Shown one piece after another: positions 1-11,768 of a DNA stretch of 64,000 bases. The first letter of the stretch is position 1, and each line of letters begins with the position of its first letter. Origin of the DNA: Selaginella moellendorffii (taxonomy: Eukaryota > Plantae > Lycopodiophyta); assembly GCF_000143415.4 (NCBI RefSeq), contig NW_003314403.1, positions 190,316 through 254,315 of the forward strand, written 5' to 3'. The notes under the pieces are model-generated. The model had not been told where the DNA came from. It searched no databases and saw only the letters and a list, made by a program, of their open reading frames with translations. Made by a program: the position numbers and the translations under genes.

Positions 1-1434
1 TATGAGAAAAATTCTATCATATCTGGAGGAGAAGGCACACTTATTTCATTGTTTCCCAATGGATGCCGGGCACTCTTCGAAGGAAGTCCCGAGCTGGTAA
101 CAAAGGTCAGACATTGTTCTCGCTTTCATTCTTTCTTTCTTTCTTTTATCAAGCATGAACAAACAGATGAGACGTGAAGGTATCGCAGACTCTAAATCGA
201 GCATTGTTCCTCCGGATGCTAGTTTTCAGCTCGGAGAATGGTCATTGAGCTCTCAAATGGAGCAAAAGTATGGTCATCCAATGATAGCAATCATGTGGAA
301 GCATGCTTTGAGAATACTCTCGGAAGAACTTCCGGACGCTTGCAAGCACACAGGCTATCAGTGCGTTGGTGTCAGCCAGGTAGAGTCTGAATCTTCCCGT
401 TAGTTTTCTTGATCAGCATGATCTTACAGGAAGAAGATGGCTCAGTTGCGCATTTTACCAAGGGAGAGGAGCACTACAGCGTGAAGGTCTAAAAGCATCT
501 TCAAGGCAGCACTGAAGTTGTTTTTCTCTTCAGGCTCCGCTGATCATTGGCGCAGATGGAATTCGATCCACTGTGCGTTCTTCGCTGTTTGGTCCCATAG
601 CTCCCCGTGACAACGGACGAACAATGTGGCGAGCTGTAATCGACTCTAGTCTTTGCCAGAACAAGGTATCCATCATCTTTCTTCGAGAATTATAATTTTT
701 TCTTTTTTTTTGGACGTGTAATCTAAAGGTGCTCAACAGTACTGGAGCTACAACCTCGGCTGCTAATGGACGCACGGTGTTTATCGTGAACGGAGTTCAC
801 GGAAAACTCTACTGGGCCTTGAGTGTAACAGATGAAGCTACAAACGGCGACACGGCAAGGAGATCTACAAACACGCTGGAGATGAAAGAAAGACTCCTGG
901 AGTATTATAAAGGATGGAGCCTCGCCACTCAGATTGTTGAGGTGGGATACTTCCAACTTTCTGAAATATGTTACTAAAACTTTTGTCTTCCCTGTGTTAC
1001 TCAGGCTACAGAACCAGGTCTCATTCTGGAACGCAGAGTTGTGGACCTGCCGGTGCTTGAAAAATGGTCTAAAGGTTCCACCGTCCTGCTTGGGGGTATG
1101 TTTTCTTAAACTTGGAAGAAAAGAAGTCTGGATTCATGTTACCTTCTTTTAATTGAAACAGATGCTGTTCACGCCGTGACACCGGCACTTGGCCAGGGCG
1201 CAAACATGGCATTTGAGGACGGACTTGAGCTCGCAATGCAAGTCTCAAGTTGCTCCAATCTACAGTTAAGTTGGCAAGAACTTTTCTGTCATTATGACTC
1301 CTTTTATATCTTCTTCTAGGAGCGCTCTAGAGGCGTATCAGGCACGAAGAATTCCTCGTGCAAAGGAGATATCTGCAGCCTCACAGCGGCAACTACAGTC
1401 TCAGGAATTCTACGATTGGCTCTACAGTCAATAG
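1..1434 (+). CDS. FAD-dependent monooxygenase (salicylate hydroxylase/zeaxanthin epoxidase-like family), multi-exon, 5' end outside window
   Basis: Spliced exons give the flavoprotein motifs LIIGADGIRSTVR (~540-580) and G|DAVHAVTPALGQGANMAFEDG (~1162-1225). GT-AG introns are ~50-80 nt. Last exon ends YDWLYSQ-TAG at 1434. Confidence 0.85.
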
Positions 1435-1519
1435 GATAGGAAAATCTTTTTAACAAAAGCATGTTCGCTATTTTTAACGAAGCTTCTGCGACTACTGCTG
1501 CTTAAATTTTGAATTTGGG

Positions 1520-1715
1520 GGGTTGGGTTGTGCCAGGCTAAGGCGGTAGTGTAAGGCCAAAGCGACACGTGGAGGGCCGGGTAGCAAGCTACCGGTGGCC
1601 CTCCTCCCACAAAAAATTAGGTTAATAGCGTTGGGGCACGTGGCCCCATATCAGCTATTAAACTGATAAGAACAGATACTACACTTGATCTTAGCCAAAA
1701 GGCCGAGAAAGGTAT
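1520..1715 (-). ncRNA. U2: U2 spliceosomal snRNA
   Basis: Minus strand reads ATACCTTTCTCGGCCTTTTGGCTAAGATCAAGTGTAGTATCTGTTCTTATCAGTTTAAT..., including the branch-site pairing GTAGTA and an Sm site AATTTTTG. The 3' end is approximate. Confidence 0.97.
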
Positions 1716-1739
1716 GAATTCTAATTGCCCAGCCCTCTG

Positions 1740-1793
1740 TTTATATACTCAAGCCCCTGGCATGATTCTACGCCTTTGCATGTGGGATAGGGC
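1740..1793 (-). promoter_or_regulatory. U2 promoter: USE (ATCCCACATGC, 1778-1788) and TATA box (TATATAAA, 1740-1747), Pol II-type spacing
   Basis: Matches plant USE consensus RTCCCACATCG. 32 nt separate the USE from the TATAAA hexamer. Confidence 0.85.
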
Positions 1794-2632
1794 GCGCGCC
1801 GACGTGGCTCTGGCCACGTCATGTGCCGACGTGTGTGTTTAGGGTACATATTAGGGACAGTAGCTTCCCTGCGCCTTTCGAGAATTGATCGATAACTTCT
1901 GCGAGGTCTTGAGAAGGACGAGACAATGTTCTTGGAACGACAAAAATTCTGGGGAGTTTCTTGCTTATCATTTAAACTTTTGATATGTTTGGTACAAGCA
2001 TAAAGGAGAATGCAGCTAAGGCTTTGAGGCTCAGGTGGAGCATAATGGCCTCTCAAAAGATCACATCAACTGGAAAGTGTCATGCAGGTAGGACAACCAC
2101 TTTGTGGAGGTCAGAGTATTTGTGAAGAATCCCCATCCTGCTGCTAGCAGCAAGAGCAGCTTCTGCTGCCGTGCTTGCGTCTTTGAGTCGAAACCTCAAC
2201 AGTTCTCCGTAACAAATCACACCATGGAAACATTAACGTATCCGGCACAGATCCGCGGCACTCAGGATGAATCACGCAAATCCCAACCATATAATCTGGC
2301 AAGCGTGAGTTTCCCAGAGTAAAAACAACTTATACCTCCTCCTCAGGTTTTAGGTGCAATGTCTCATACAAAAACTTCAGCGAGAGTTACAGAAACGTCC
2401 TTTGTGGTTTGGTGTCCGGCTCTACTCGGTGTTCATCTAGAGTCTGCTCTTGGACGCCTTCTGCCGCTTACTGTCCCTTGAATCCGGAGGCTCAAAACCA
2501 CGCGGCTGGAAGCTTGTGTCCACTGCTCCGGTGGCTTCTTATGCACGCGCTGGTGTGAACGCTCTTCAACCTCCTGTCGCAAGGAAACCAGGCTAAATCT
2601 TCAGGAGCCGGGACAAAACTAGCTTCCCTTTT

Positions 2633-5600
2633 TCAGTAGTCGCTGAGGAAATTGTCCGACTCGGATGCCCTTCTGGCGTGGATGTGCTGCCTCTGCTGCC
2701 TCTGCTGTTGCAAGCTCCTGCTGTGCTGCGGCGTCGTCTTGATGCCACCGCCACCCGCAAAGTCGGTGTCAAAGTGCTCGGCACTGCTTCTCAATGCCGG
2801 CACGCGCACCGCCAGCGTTTTGTACAGCCTCGAGTACCTTGCCCGGGTCCCGTCGGCGGTCCTCGCCATGGCAAGCTGCCTAAACGCCTCCGGTAGAGGC
2901 TGCAGTGCCTGCTTTATCTCCTCCAGCGACAGCCCCGACAGGATGGACGGGCTCGGCACGATGGCCACCACCTCCCGCCCCGCCGCCTCGCTGCTCTCGC
3001 TGCTCTTGTTGCTTGCCTGGGCCTTGATTACCAGCTGCATCAGCGACGTTGCTCCACACTTGATGATGAATGGTGTGTCTGTCCCGTTGTTGAACTGGAG
3101 GACGCTCCATTGCACGACTTCGCTGGCGGGATTCATGCTGGCGTCGTTTCCCCAGTCGCCTGATGAGGATGACAGCTCGCCGCTCTTGCCGTCGTCGGAA
3201 GAAGCCGTCCTCCTGCGTGTTGCTCCGTCACTTGCCGCCGCCGCTGCCTTTAGAACGCACAAGTGCTCAGCTCACGAATTGGAAACGTGACACAAGTACT
3301 AATGATATACCTCGGTTGCCCGGCGGGCTGCTTTGATGAACTTGTGAGCACAGGCGTGATCAATCGACAACAGTGCAGACGTCTGGCTGACTAGCGAGTC
3401 GAGCCTTGACAGCATGAACTTCTTCTTGGACGTAAATGTGGCTTTTAGTGGTGCTTCTTTACGTATCTCCTGATAGGCAAACAAAAGGTTGGCCATGAGG
3501 AAAAACAAACAAAACATACCTCGGCTTGATTACAGATGTCTTCGAGCGAGATAAGCGATGCAATACGGGCTTCCTCGCTAGCGGAGGAAGGGCAACGCAA
3601 TGGAGATCCACCTTCTTCTTTAGTGAGGAGAGCGGGATCGTTCCTCATTTGTTGCAATATCTGTGTCGGGCACAAGACAACAGTAAACTACAGAATAATA
3701 AGATGATATCTCCACTCTACCTTTCTTCGCCTGTGATCAATGGATTCAAGGGCCGACCGGACTTTGGTCACTTGTGCAAGATCCTCTGCCTCTTCTGTAG
3801 CCAGAGTGGCTGCCACATCCTGATCAAGTAAAAAGAAACACACACTTCTTCATCGACGAAAACATATCTCCAACTTTACCTTCAAGTGTTGTAGCTGAGA
3901 CATGTATACATGCTTGGTATACTCGGAGAACAACTGGCCCAGAGCATCGGTTGTAGAACGTGTTGGAATACCAAGTCCGGCCATCCAACCGTCCATGATA
4001 GCTGTGGAAAGGAGCTCCAGTTGGCCAAGGGCACCGCTCGCATTGTCTGTTCCCGTTAATGACAGAAACTCAAAGTTTTCTGCAAGCCACCCACGTATTT
4101 CCCTCTGAAGCTCTCCAGCAGGCGTGTGAACGAACAAGGCTGCCAGTTTCTTGTTCCCGATTGCGTAGTTCCGCGCTTCTTCGTTCATCTCGCGAAGCTT
4201 TGCTCCCGTTAGATGTTGCTTCCAAGTTTCCTGAGTAACATAACTACCAATGAGAAGATTCACTTGTGGTCTTTCATGAGCTTACCTGGTCGATGCCTCT
4301 GAGCTTTAGCACGATTGAGGATAGTTTGGATGCTTTCTCCCGTTTCAGGTTAATCTTGAAGGATGGTATGTTCTCACCATCTATCAAGTCTTTCCTTGAG
4401 CTGGAATGCAGATGGCTGGAAACTGGAGAACGAGTCGGACTGCTCCCATTGCTGGATGTTCTACTGCTCTTGGATCCGACCTTTTCAAAGAATCTGTCCA
4501 CGGAAGGCACCTAAAAAGGAATGTTCTTGAGTTAGCTCGTTTCTTTTTGTTACGTACCTTAATCTCTTGCAGCTCCGCTGCTCTCGCTAGAAGAGAACGC
4601 ACGTACAATATTCGGACGCGGGAAACCAGCATTGTATCCATGACCTTTCTCGGTTCTAGCTTGCGGATGAATGCGAATACAGCTCCCCGAATCTCTTCCA
4701 GCATCTCATGTTCCCTTGTGGCACCGGCTTTGATCACAGCCGCTAGAACCTGGAAAGATCGAAAGCCGGATATAAAGAATATAAGTATTCAGGAGGAAGG
4801 ACAACGTACCAGCATAAGCAGTTTATTTGCGGCATCCGATATAGCAGCTAAGCCCTGGTAGTGATCAGGATCGAAGTCCGACAAAGCAGAGGTTAAATAT
4901 TCCCCGGCTGGAGTGGACTTAAAATTTGTCTTTTGCAAAGCATTTGTCATTTCTGGAGTGCTCTTGTTTGTGTTAGTGTTATTGTTCAAGTTAGTGCTTG
5001 GAACTTGGTTGTAAGGTGAACGTTTGGCAGAATCCCTGAGAAAGAGTGCTTAAAGACACATGCAAGCATTCTTAGATTCCGTACGTACTTGACTGAGTCA
5101 CCTAAGGTGAGATTGTCGATTGCTGGAGGATCCGGTTGACGAATCTTGAGGGGGAAAAAAGAAGATCAAAACTAGGAAAACATGAAATTTATGCGTACCT
5201 TTGGAGAAAAGATACCTCTGTCAGTGAGCCGCTGAAAGAGCTTCTCGTTTTCCTCGTGCAAACGCTGAAAATAAATGAAACAAGCTTGACAAAGGAAAGG
5301 ACATTCAAGACGACTACCTCAATCAGATCGTCTCGCTTCGCGAGTTCTTCTTCCCTCGCCGCAGGCGACGTGCCGTTTAAATCCGATGTCGTTCGAATGA
5401 CCTTTTCTATCTTTTGAGATTCTCTAGCTCTCATCTCTGATAACTGCAGAGTAAGTTCTTGCAGTTTGTCCTGTTCACAGACAAAAGAAAACAAACTCAA
5501 ACAAAGAGTCTTAAGGAGATCTCAACTTACTTCAAGAGCCAAGATTTTCGATGCTCGACTTGCCAGCTCGGCTTTTTGGTCGCGGTCATACTTCGCAAAT

Positions 5601-7646
5601 TGCGCTACTTGAGTTTTCAGCTGAACTATTTGATCCTTCTCAAACTTCCGCTCTATTGAATCGTCACCTCCAGCAGTACTTGGAGACTAACCAGATATAG
5701 TTCTTTAGCGAAGGAAACAATGACAAAAAAAGAAGAATAGAGCTACCTTCCAAGACTTTTGCATCTCTTTGAATAAAAGTGCGCATTGGTCTTCAGACGC
5801 TTTCAATGAGTTTTTCAGCATTTCCACTTCGATCCTGAGCTCTTGATTTTGCTCTTCGTAAATCTGTTCGCACATCATGGTAGATGAGTATTTATGCTGC
5901 ATACGAACGGCATACCCTGTTTTGTAAAGTTCGGGACGAATCATTGCAGAATTTTGCGATCTTGAGCCATGCCTTCGTCACATCAAGACTCACATCGCTT
6001 GGACTGATGTTCAGTATCAATAGCGTCTTTGAGTCCCCACCTACATACAAATGCACGCTACTCACTACTTATCAACTTGACAAGAAGTACTTACCTAGGG
6101 AGTCCGATAAAATTCTCGCTAGCTTCGAATTTGCATATGGTACATGGTCCCTTTTAGAGACGAGAGCAGATATGACTTCAACTAGTCTGAGTGAACGAAT
6201 GATTAGAACAAACTCACAGATCAACAAACTGTGGGAGGGTACTCACGATGAAAAGCACGGGCTAACTCCTTCAGTAGTCATTTGCTGCTCGGTTCCAGGT
6301 ACATCGACAAGGGACAGCTTGCTATACTGCTTTTCACCAGTGGAACTGTTCGAGTATCCTACGTGAATGGTGACAGTCCTTAAAAGACACAAGACTTAAA
6401 CGTTAGAAGAAACACGAGACAGAGTAGAGGAGACACACACAGGCATGGAGAGCTCATGTTTTTTGCCTTGAAGCCGTTTATTTGCTGGTTTTGTAGCCCG
6501 GCCTTGAAGATTCTAGCAAAGCTTGAAGGATTCTCGGCTTCAAGCTGCAGTAGCTCTACAGAGGATTCCATCTGAATCTTATTAACAGGACCTTCCGCAA
6601 CAGTTGCTACGTTTGCAAGCAAGTCTTGAACCTGAAATTTCTCAGAATTAAGTACCTGAAAATTAAAAAGAAATTGTCACCTGGTCGTTACAGAGCTCAA
6701 ACATGGTCACATAGAACGTGAACTTGGACGAAGGGGTAGCTTCTCCATTCGACAGATCGAAAAGCTCCTCGAAGGCTCGGAAGTACATGCCTCTGTCATG
6801 GCTCGGCCCCTCCTGCGAGAATGCAAAGGTAATCAACACAGAGCAAGTTTACAACGCTCCATTACCAGTGTGTAAGTTTTGCCAGAGCCACTAGAACCAC
6901 ACGCAAATATTGAAACATTATAGCCATCTAGCGCCGACTGTACCAAAGGCTGGATATCTTGGAAGAACTCTCCTGGAAAATATGGGAAGGGGAAAAGCCA
7001 ATTCAAGAGAAGGTAAAAAGAAAAAGCGTATTAGACCTTGTGAAGTACGAGGTTCGTATACTCGATCAAAACGAAACTCTACGGGCTGGAGCCGGGAGGA
7101 CTTTTCACCCGCTCGGTTGATGATAACGGTGCACTCGTCAGGAAACGAAAGTGCCGTACTCGTTTCATCACTAAGCTTTGGACGAGCACGAACAAAAACT
7201 CTAGTACTTCCTGCAGCCACAAAAAATAAATTGTGGTCACCCTGTTGCTTTCTCGGTTTGGACGTACCTTTGCTAGACACTAGTTCGTTGAAATGTAAAC
7301 ACTTTTCTTTTCTCAAAATGGCGAGCCTAAGTTCATACTCCGCTGTCGTCCGATCTACAAGTTAACCACAGATTAAACTCCAAGTGAGAGACGAAACAAG
7401 AACTTCGTTACCGAGCTTGCGCGTTTTGTCCGCGAGAACACCAAGATAGCGAGTTACTCGATCGAGCTTTACACTCGAGTACTCCTGTAGATCATTAGCT
7501 TCTTGTCTGATCTCTAGAAACTCGCTCCGAGCCCCCTGACGAAACACGAATCGACCACTCAGAAGACCGACTTGACAAACAGAAGAAAAAAGAGGGGAAG
7601 GGCGTACCAGGAGCTCTTCCCTCAGTTTCAAGAGCCTGCTGGAAAG

Positions 7647-7677
<31 letters not shown>

Positions 7678-7859
7678 CTCTCATCAGTGCTGTTGAGATG
7701 AGCCGGCAGCGAGAGCCTGCGACCACCCTTCGCCGTCAAGGCATGCAAATCGTCTCCATCCTCGTCACTCCACAAGGTGCTATTCGCCGCGGAAGAACTC
7801 CTGGGCTCAAACGCTGGCACTTCCCAGCTCCAGCTCCGGAATGCCGACGACTCTCCCAT
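2633..7859 (-). CDS. KAC: Kinesin-14 KAC/KCA (kinesin-like protein for actin-based chloroplast movement), many short introns
   Basis: N-terminus [20 protein letters not shown]; [18 protein letters not shown]; motor motifs [13 protein letters not shown] and [14 protein letters not shown]; KAC-type C-terminus [19 protein letters not shown] ... [29 protein letters not shown]. Exon boundaries are not all resolved. Confidence 0.9.
7648..7677 (-). repeat. (CAG)n polyglutamine microsatellite in KAC exon 1
   Basis: tgctgc run on the + strand encodes [10 protein letters not shown] in the KAC frame. Confidence 0.9.
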
Positions 7860-8827
7860 CCTACACAAAGTTTCCTGCTCTGACGATACAAATCCAAACT
7901 TTGAGCAGCGCAGGTAATCCTTCCGGGAGCAATCTGACCGCCATCGAATTGAGAAAATGGAGCACAACCCAACTCCCAGAGCCCGCTATCCAAATCGCCC
8001 AAGAGCCTGCTTAGAATCCCTGTGCATGCCCATGCCGCCGCTCTTGTCTCTAGCCCCCCATTTCTTCACCTGGCACCTCCTCCTTCCTACTAATCAATCA
8101 ATCTATCAATCTCCACACCTCTCTAATCTCCTGGAGCTGAAAAGCCAATGATGGTTCATGTCCTGGCTAAAGTCGCTCGCCGGACGAAGAATGTTGAGGC
8201 CTTCGAGGTTGCTTAATTATACTTCCTGTGCTGTGATCTTTCTAGGCTCTTCATACCCCTCATCTTTCTTCCTTGCTACACAAACAATGACCACATCAGT
8301 ACACCAATGGAACCCACATGCACGAATCTCAATGTCCAAACCTTTTCTTCGTTTTCTTTTTTGTGGCAAGCAAATCACCTCATTTTTTTCGTTCTTGAGC
8401 GTTCTTTTTTCTTTTGATTGTGTGAATCAGGAAGCCGTGAAAAGCATTCGGATAAGCAAAACACGCAGGCGCAAAACACCCTTCACGTCCTCATCAGCAG
8501 GTACGCTGTTTGGGCACTCGAGCAAACGCACACACACTGCGACAAAGTACTCCTCGAATTCGACTACATAGCTACCACCAAGTACAAGAGAAACGCTGGA
8601 AATTCCAAGGCCACAAGCAACACCCAACACCCCACGCGAAACAACAGTAAAAACTCTCCTAGACTTAAAACAGCAAAACTAGAAAAAAACGCTCGCTAAT
8701 AGTATATATTCATCATCCTACGTATATGTCAAGAGAGAAAGAAGACACCAGACTCTCCCCCTTCGCTCTCAAAATGAATCTCCTATGGACTAGTAATGTA
8801 CATCCCCAGCTCACACTCACTTAACTC

Positions 8828-11486
8828 TCACTTACCCCACGCCACCGAGTCGATCTCATCCCGAGCTGCTCTATACAGGTCGAGCCTCTTAGCACAGGCC
8901 GTTCGGCGCTCCATCAACGCTGGATCCTCATCGAGCAACTGAGCTAGCTGCTTGCCCTGCTCGTACAGAAGTGTAAATAAGTTAGCTGTTCCATACTAAA
9001 AGACAACCGTACCTCTTTCTTGCCGACCTGGGTGTAAAAGTTGTCTAGCAGCGACCGCTTAGCTTCCCGGACCTGGTTGTGCACGACAGCTTTTGGGATT
9101 GAGATTCTGATCGTCTCACAGACCATCCAGACGTAGTTTGTGACGTTCGACCCTGTCCACAACAAGAAAGTGAGCAAATGAGCAACAACACGAATCCAGA
9201 CGAGGCACTTACCGATTCTTCTCAAGTGAGAGTCTGTGTACCTATCCATGGTAGTTGCAGACGGGTTGCCACCCCTATCGAACTCTTGCGGAAGCTTTCT
9301 GAAGAACTCCACCGTCAAGTAGCTTGATTCCATGTCGACCAGGCGCAAACAAAACTTTCGACTTTCCTCCCTGCATCTCTCAAGTGCTTCAATGGCTGCA
9401 GCGGCAACTTCGGCTTGTAAAGTTGGAAAGCGTTTCAACTCCTGAAACGCGACTGTGAGATAAGCATTAAAATGTAAAACACAAAAATATTACCATCGTC
9501 TCTCCAATAGCCTTGCGCACCAAATCCTTTAAAACAAAATGGACCTGCAGATGAAAAGAAATTCAGTACTGGGCAAAGCAAAATGTATTGCAGTTTTAGC
9601 AGTGGCTTACCGCGTCAACAACCGCTTCGGCAGGACCTCTAAACAATACTAAAGCGCCATCAATAAGCCGCCTATAACCTTGCTCAGGTGCTATCAAGTG
9701 TGGCTGATAACCATCAGCTTCCATCACAACCTTTCGTACGTTTTGTATGGACAAATGCCGATCGAAAGGAAGCTTTTTAAGTGCAGCAGGGAGCTGATTA
9801 TCAAAAACAGTGTATATGCGTTCACCGCCAGGTCGTCTGAAAAGGAGTAGTGAGTGCTACTAGAAGATGGTCGAAATTTGAGAAACCAACCCTCCATCGA
9901 GATGGGACTTGAAGACTTGATCAAAGGCCCTGCAAAGCTCCAATATCGAGTATAGCTGCGCCTGGAAAGTGCAAACGTCAGGCAAATACTAATACATAAG
10001 ACAGACAATTCGTGTTACCCCGGAATCAACAGCGACGGGTTTCCCCAACTGGTTCAACTCCATTTCTAGCTCATCGATTGTTTTGTTTATCAACGAAAGA
10101 ATGCTTGGGATACGCGCCTTTATAAAAGCTTCCAAATGCTGCATATGGTCCTCATTCAGTCATCAGGAGTCCATACCAAACAGTTCAACTTTGGATTTAC
10201 CTTTGAAAGTATCTTTGCAAGGTATTCCGAACCCATGCGACTCGTCAGATGACCGTAATCGGCGCTGGAGGAAAAATACTCTCTTTCACGACGCCTGGCA
10301 GCTACCATATCCACGCTACGGTTGATATCGGCCTGTGAGCGATTGACAACTCCAACCCATGGATGTTGTAGTTTGTATGACCGCCCCTCAAGAACCTGAA
10401 GAGTAAAGCGAAAGATAAGTCTCCAGTTAGACACAAAACTCTACGCACGTCAAGAGCATTTGTTCCTTTGTCCATCAGATCCAGTTTTGTTAACACACCA
10501 AATGTCCGTTCACCTTTACAAGGACATGAAAATAATTATAAAGAACAGCTCAAGACCTTAGATTTACCTGTAGGATCCACTTCTCTTGCTAGCTTCATAG
10601 CATCAGATGTTGCAATGTCTTGGTTCGCTGGAGAGATAGCGAGAATGACAGAATTTTGCTGACAGGAAAAGAAAGAGACCGTTATGTTTCTAACTTGAAC
10701 CTACATACGAAAACGCATACCTTCTCGACATAAGACCGCACCATGTTTTCTATGTCAGCAACAATACTGTCTGGCTGACCCTCTGCAAAAAAGCCGTATT
10801 GGAGTGAGTTTAAACTTAATAAAAAGCTTTCATCTTACCTATAGCAATTTTTGTCAATCCCGGTAAATCAATCAGCGTTAAGTTCACAACTGGACAAGGA
10901 GAGCGTGAGTGATTTGTACTCTACTTGAAGCTCAAGTCTAGTTACCATTTGGCGAATAGATGCTCAGCTGGATTGGAATGGGAGAAATCTGCTTGCTACG
11001 GCCAGTCACTCGATCCGTCTCATCCTGGATCTCTTTCCTCACCAGAGCTGACCAAGTCGAGTTCCAAAACGCGTTGTTAGAACCTCGCAAAATAAACGAA
11101 AAACTCACACGCTCAAAACTCACAAAAATCCGTGAATCGCTTCTTTGGAATGTGCAAAAACTCGGCATACTCGGCTCCTCCCTCCGTCTTGTGGAGCTGC
11201 AGCACCAAGGGCCTCCTGGTCACGATTCCCGATCCCCTGGGCAGGAAATCACGCCCCACAATGCTCTCCAGCACCGACGATTTCCCAGAACTCTGCACCA
11301 GAAATTTCTCACCTCGATCAGCCCCGGAGCACAAGATCAATCACATACCTGGCCACCGACAACGACAACCGACGGCAAGGACTCCCAGAGCGTCGGGAGC
11401 GAGCTATCGCCGCCATAATCCCCCAGCACAGTGCACGCCTGCTGGATCCGATTTACGAGCCCGATGAGGCTCTCCATGGTCGTCAT
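8828..11486 (-). CDS. DRP1: Dynamin-related protein DRP1 (phragmoplastin-like), multi-exon
   Basis: [26 protein letters not shown]...VVVVGGQ|[33 protein letters not shown]; [10 protein letters not shown]; GED region with VREAKRSLL; C-terminus DSVAWGK-TGA. Confidence 0.95.
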
Positions 11487-11768
11487 GATCTCCGCTGAAA
11501 CGAGCTGGGATCAGATCGATCGACGAGCGCGAGGAAATGCGATCTTGTTCTCGCCCGCGCCTTGACCCTCTACCTTCCGCGAAAACCCTAGCGCACCAGC
11601 AAAAAATGGAGGACACGGACTTTACTAGACAACTTTACACTTAGCCTTCGGTCTTTTAGACCGCCTATTTAAATGTGCCGCCCGTTTGACAGCTCTAACG
11701 GGCATATTCTTTCTACACGAAGACGTGGTGCCGAGTTCGATCCACACCGCGTTGGCGCCAATCTTCTT

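Noticed and set aside
2652-3290. 212-aa Cys/Leu-rich + strand ORF
   Set aside because: Antisense shadow of the last KAC exon.
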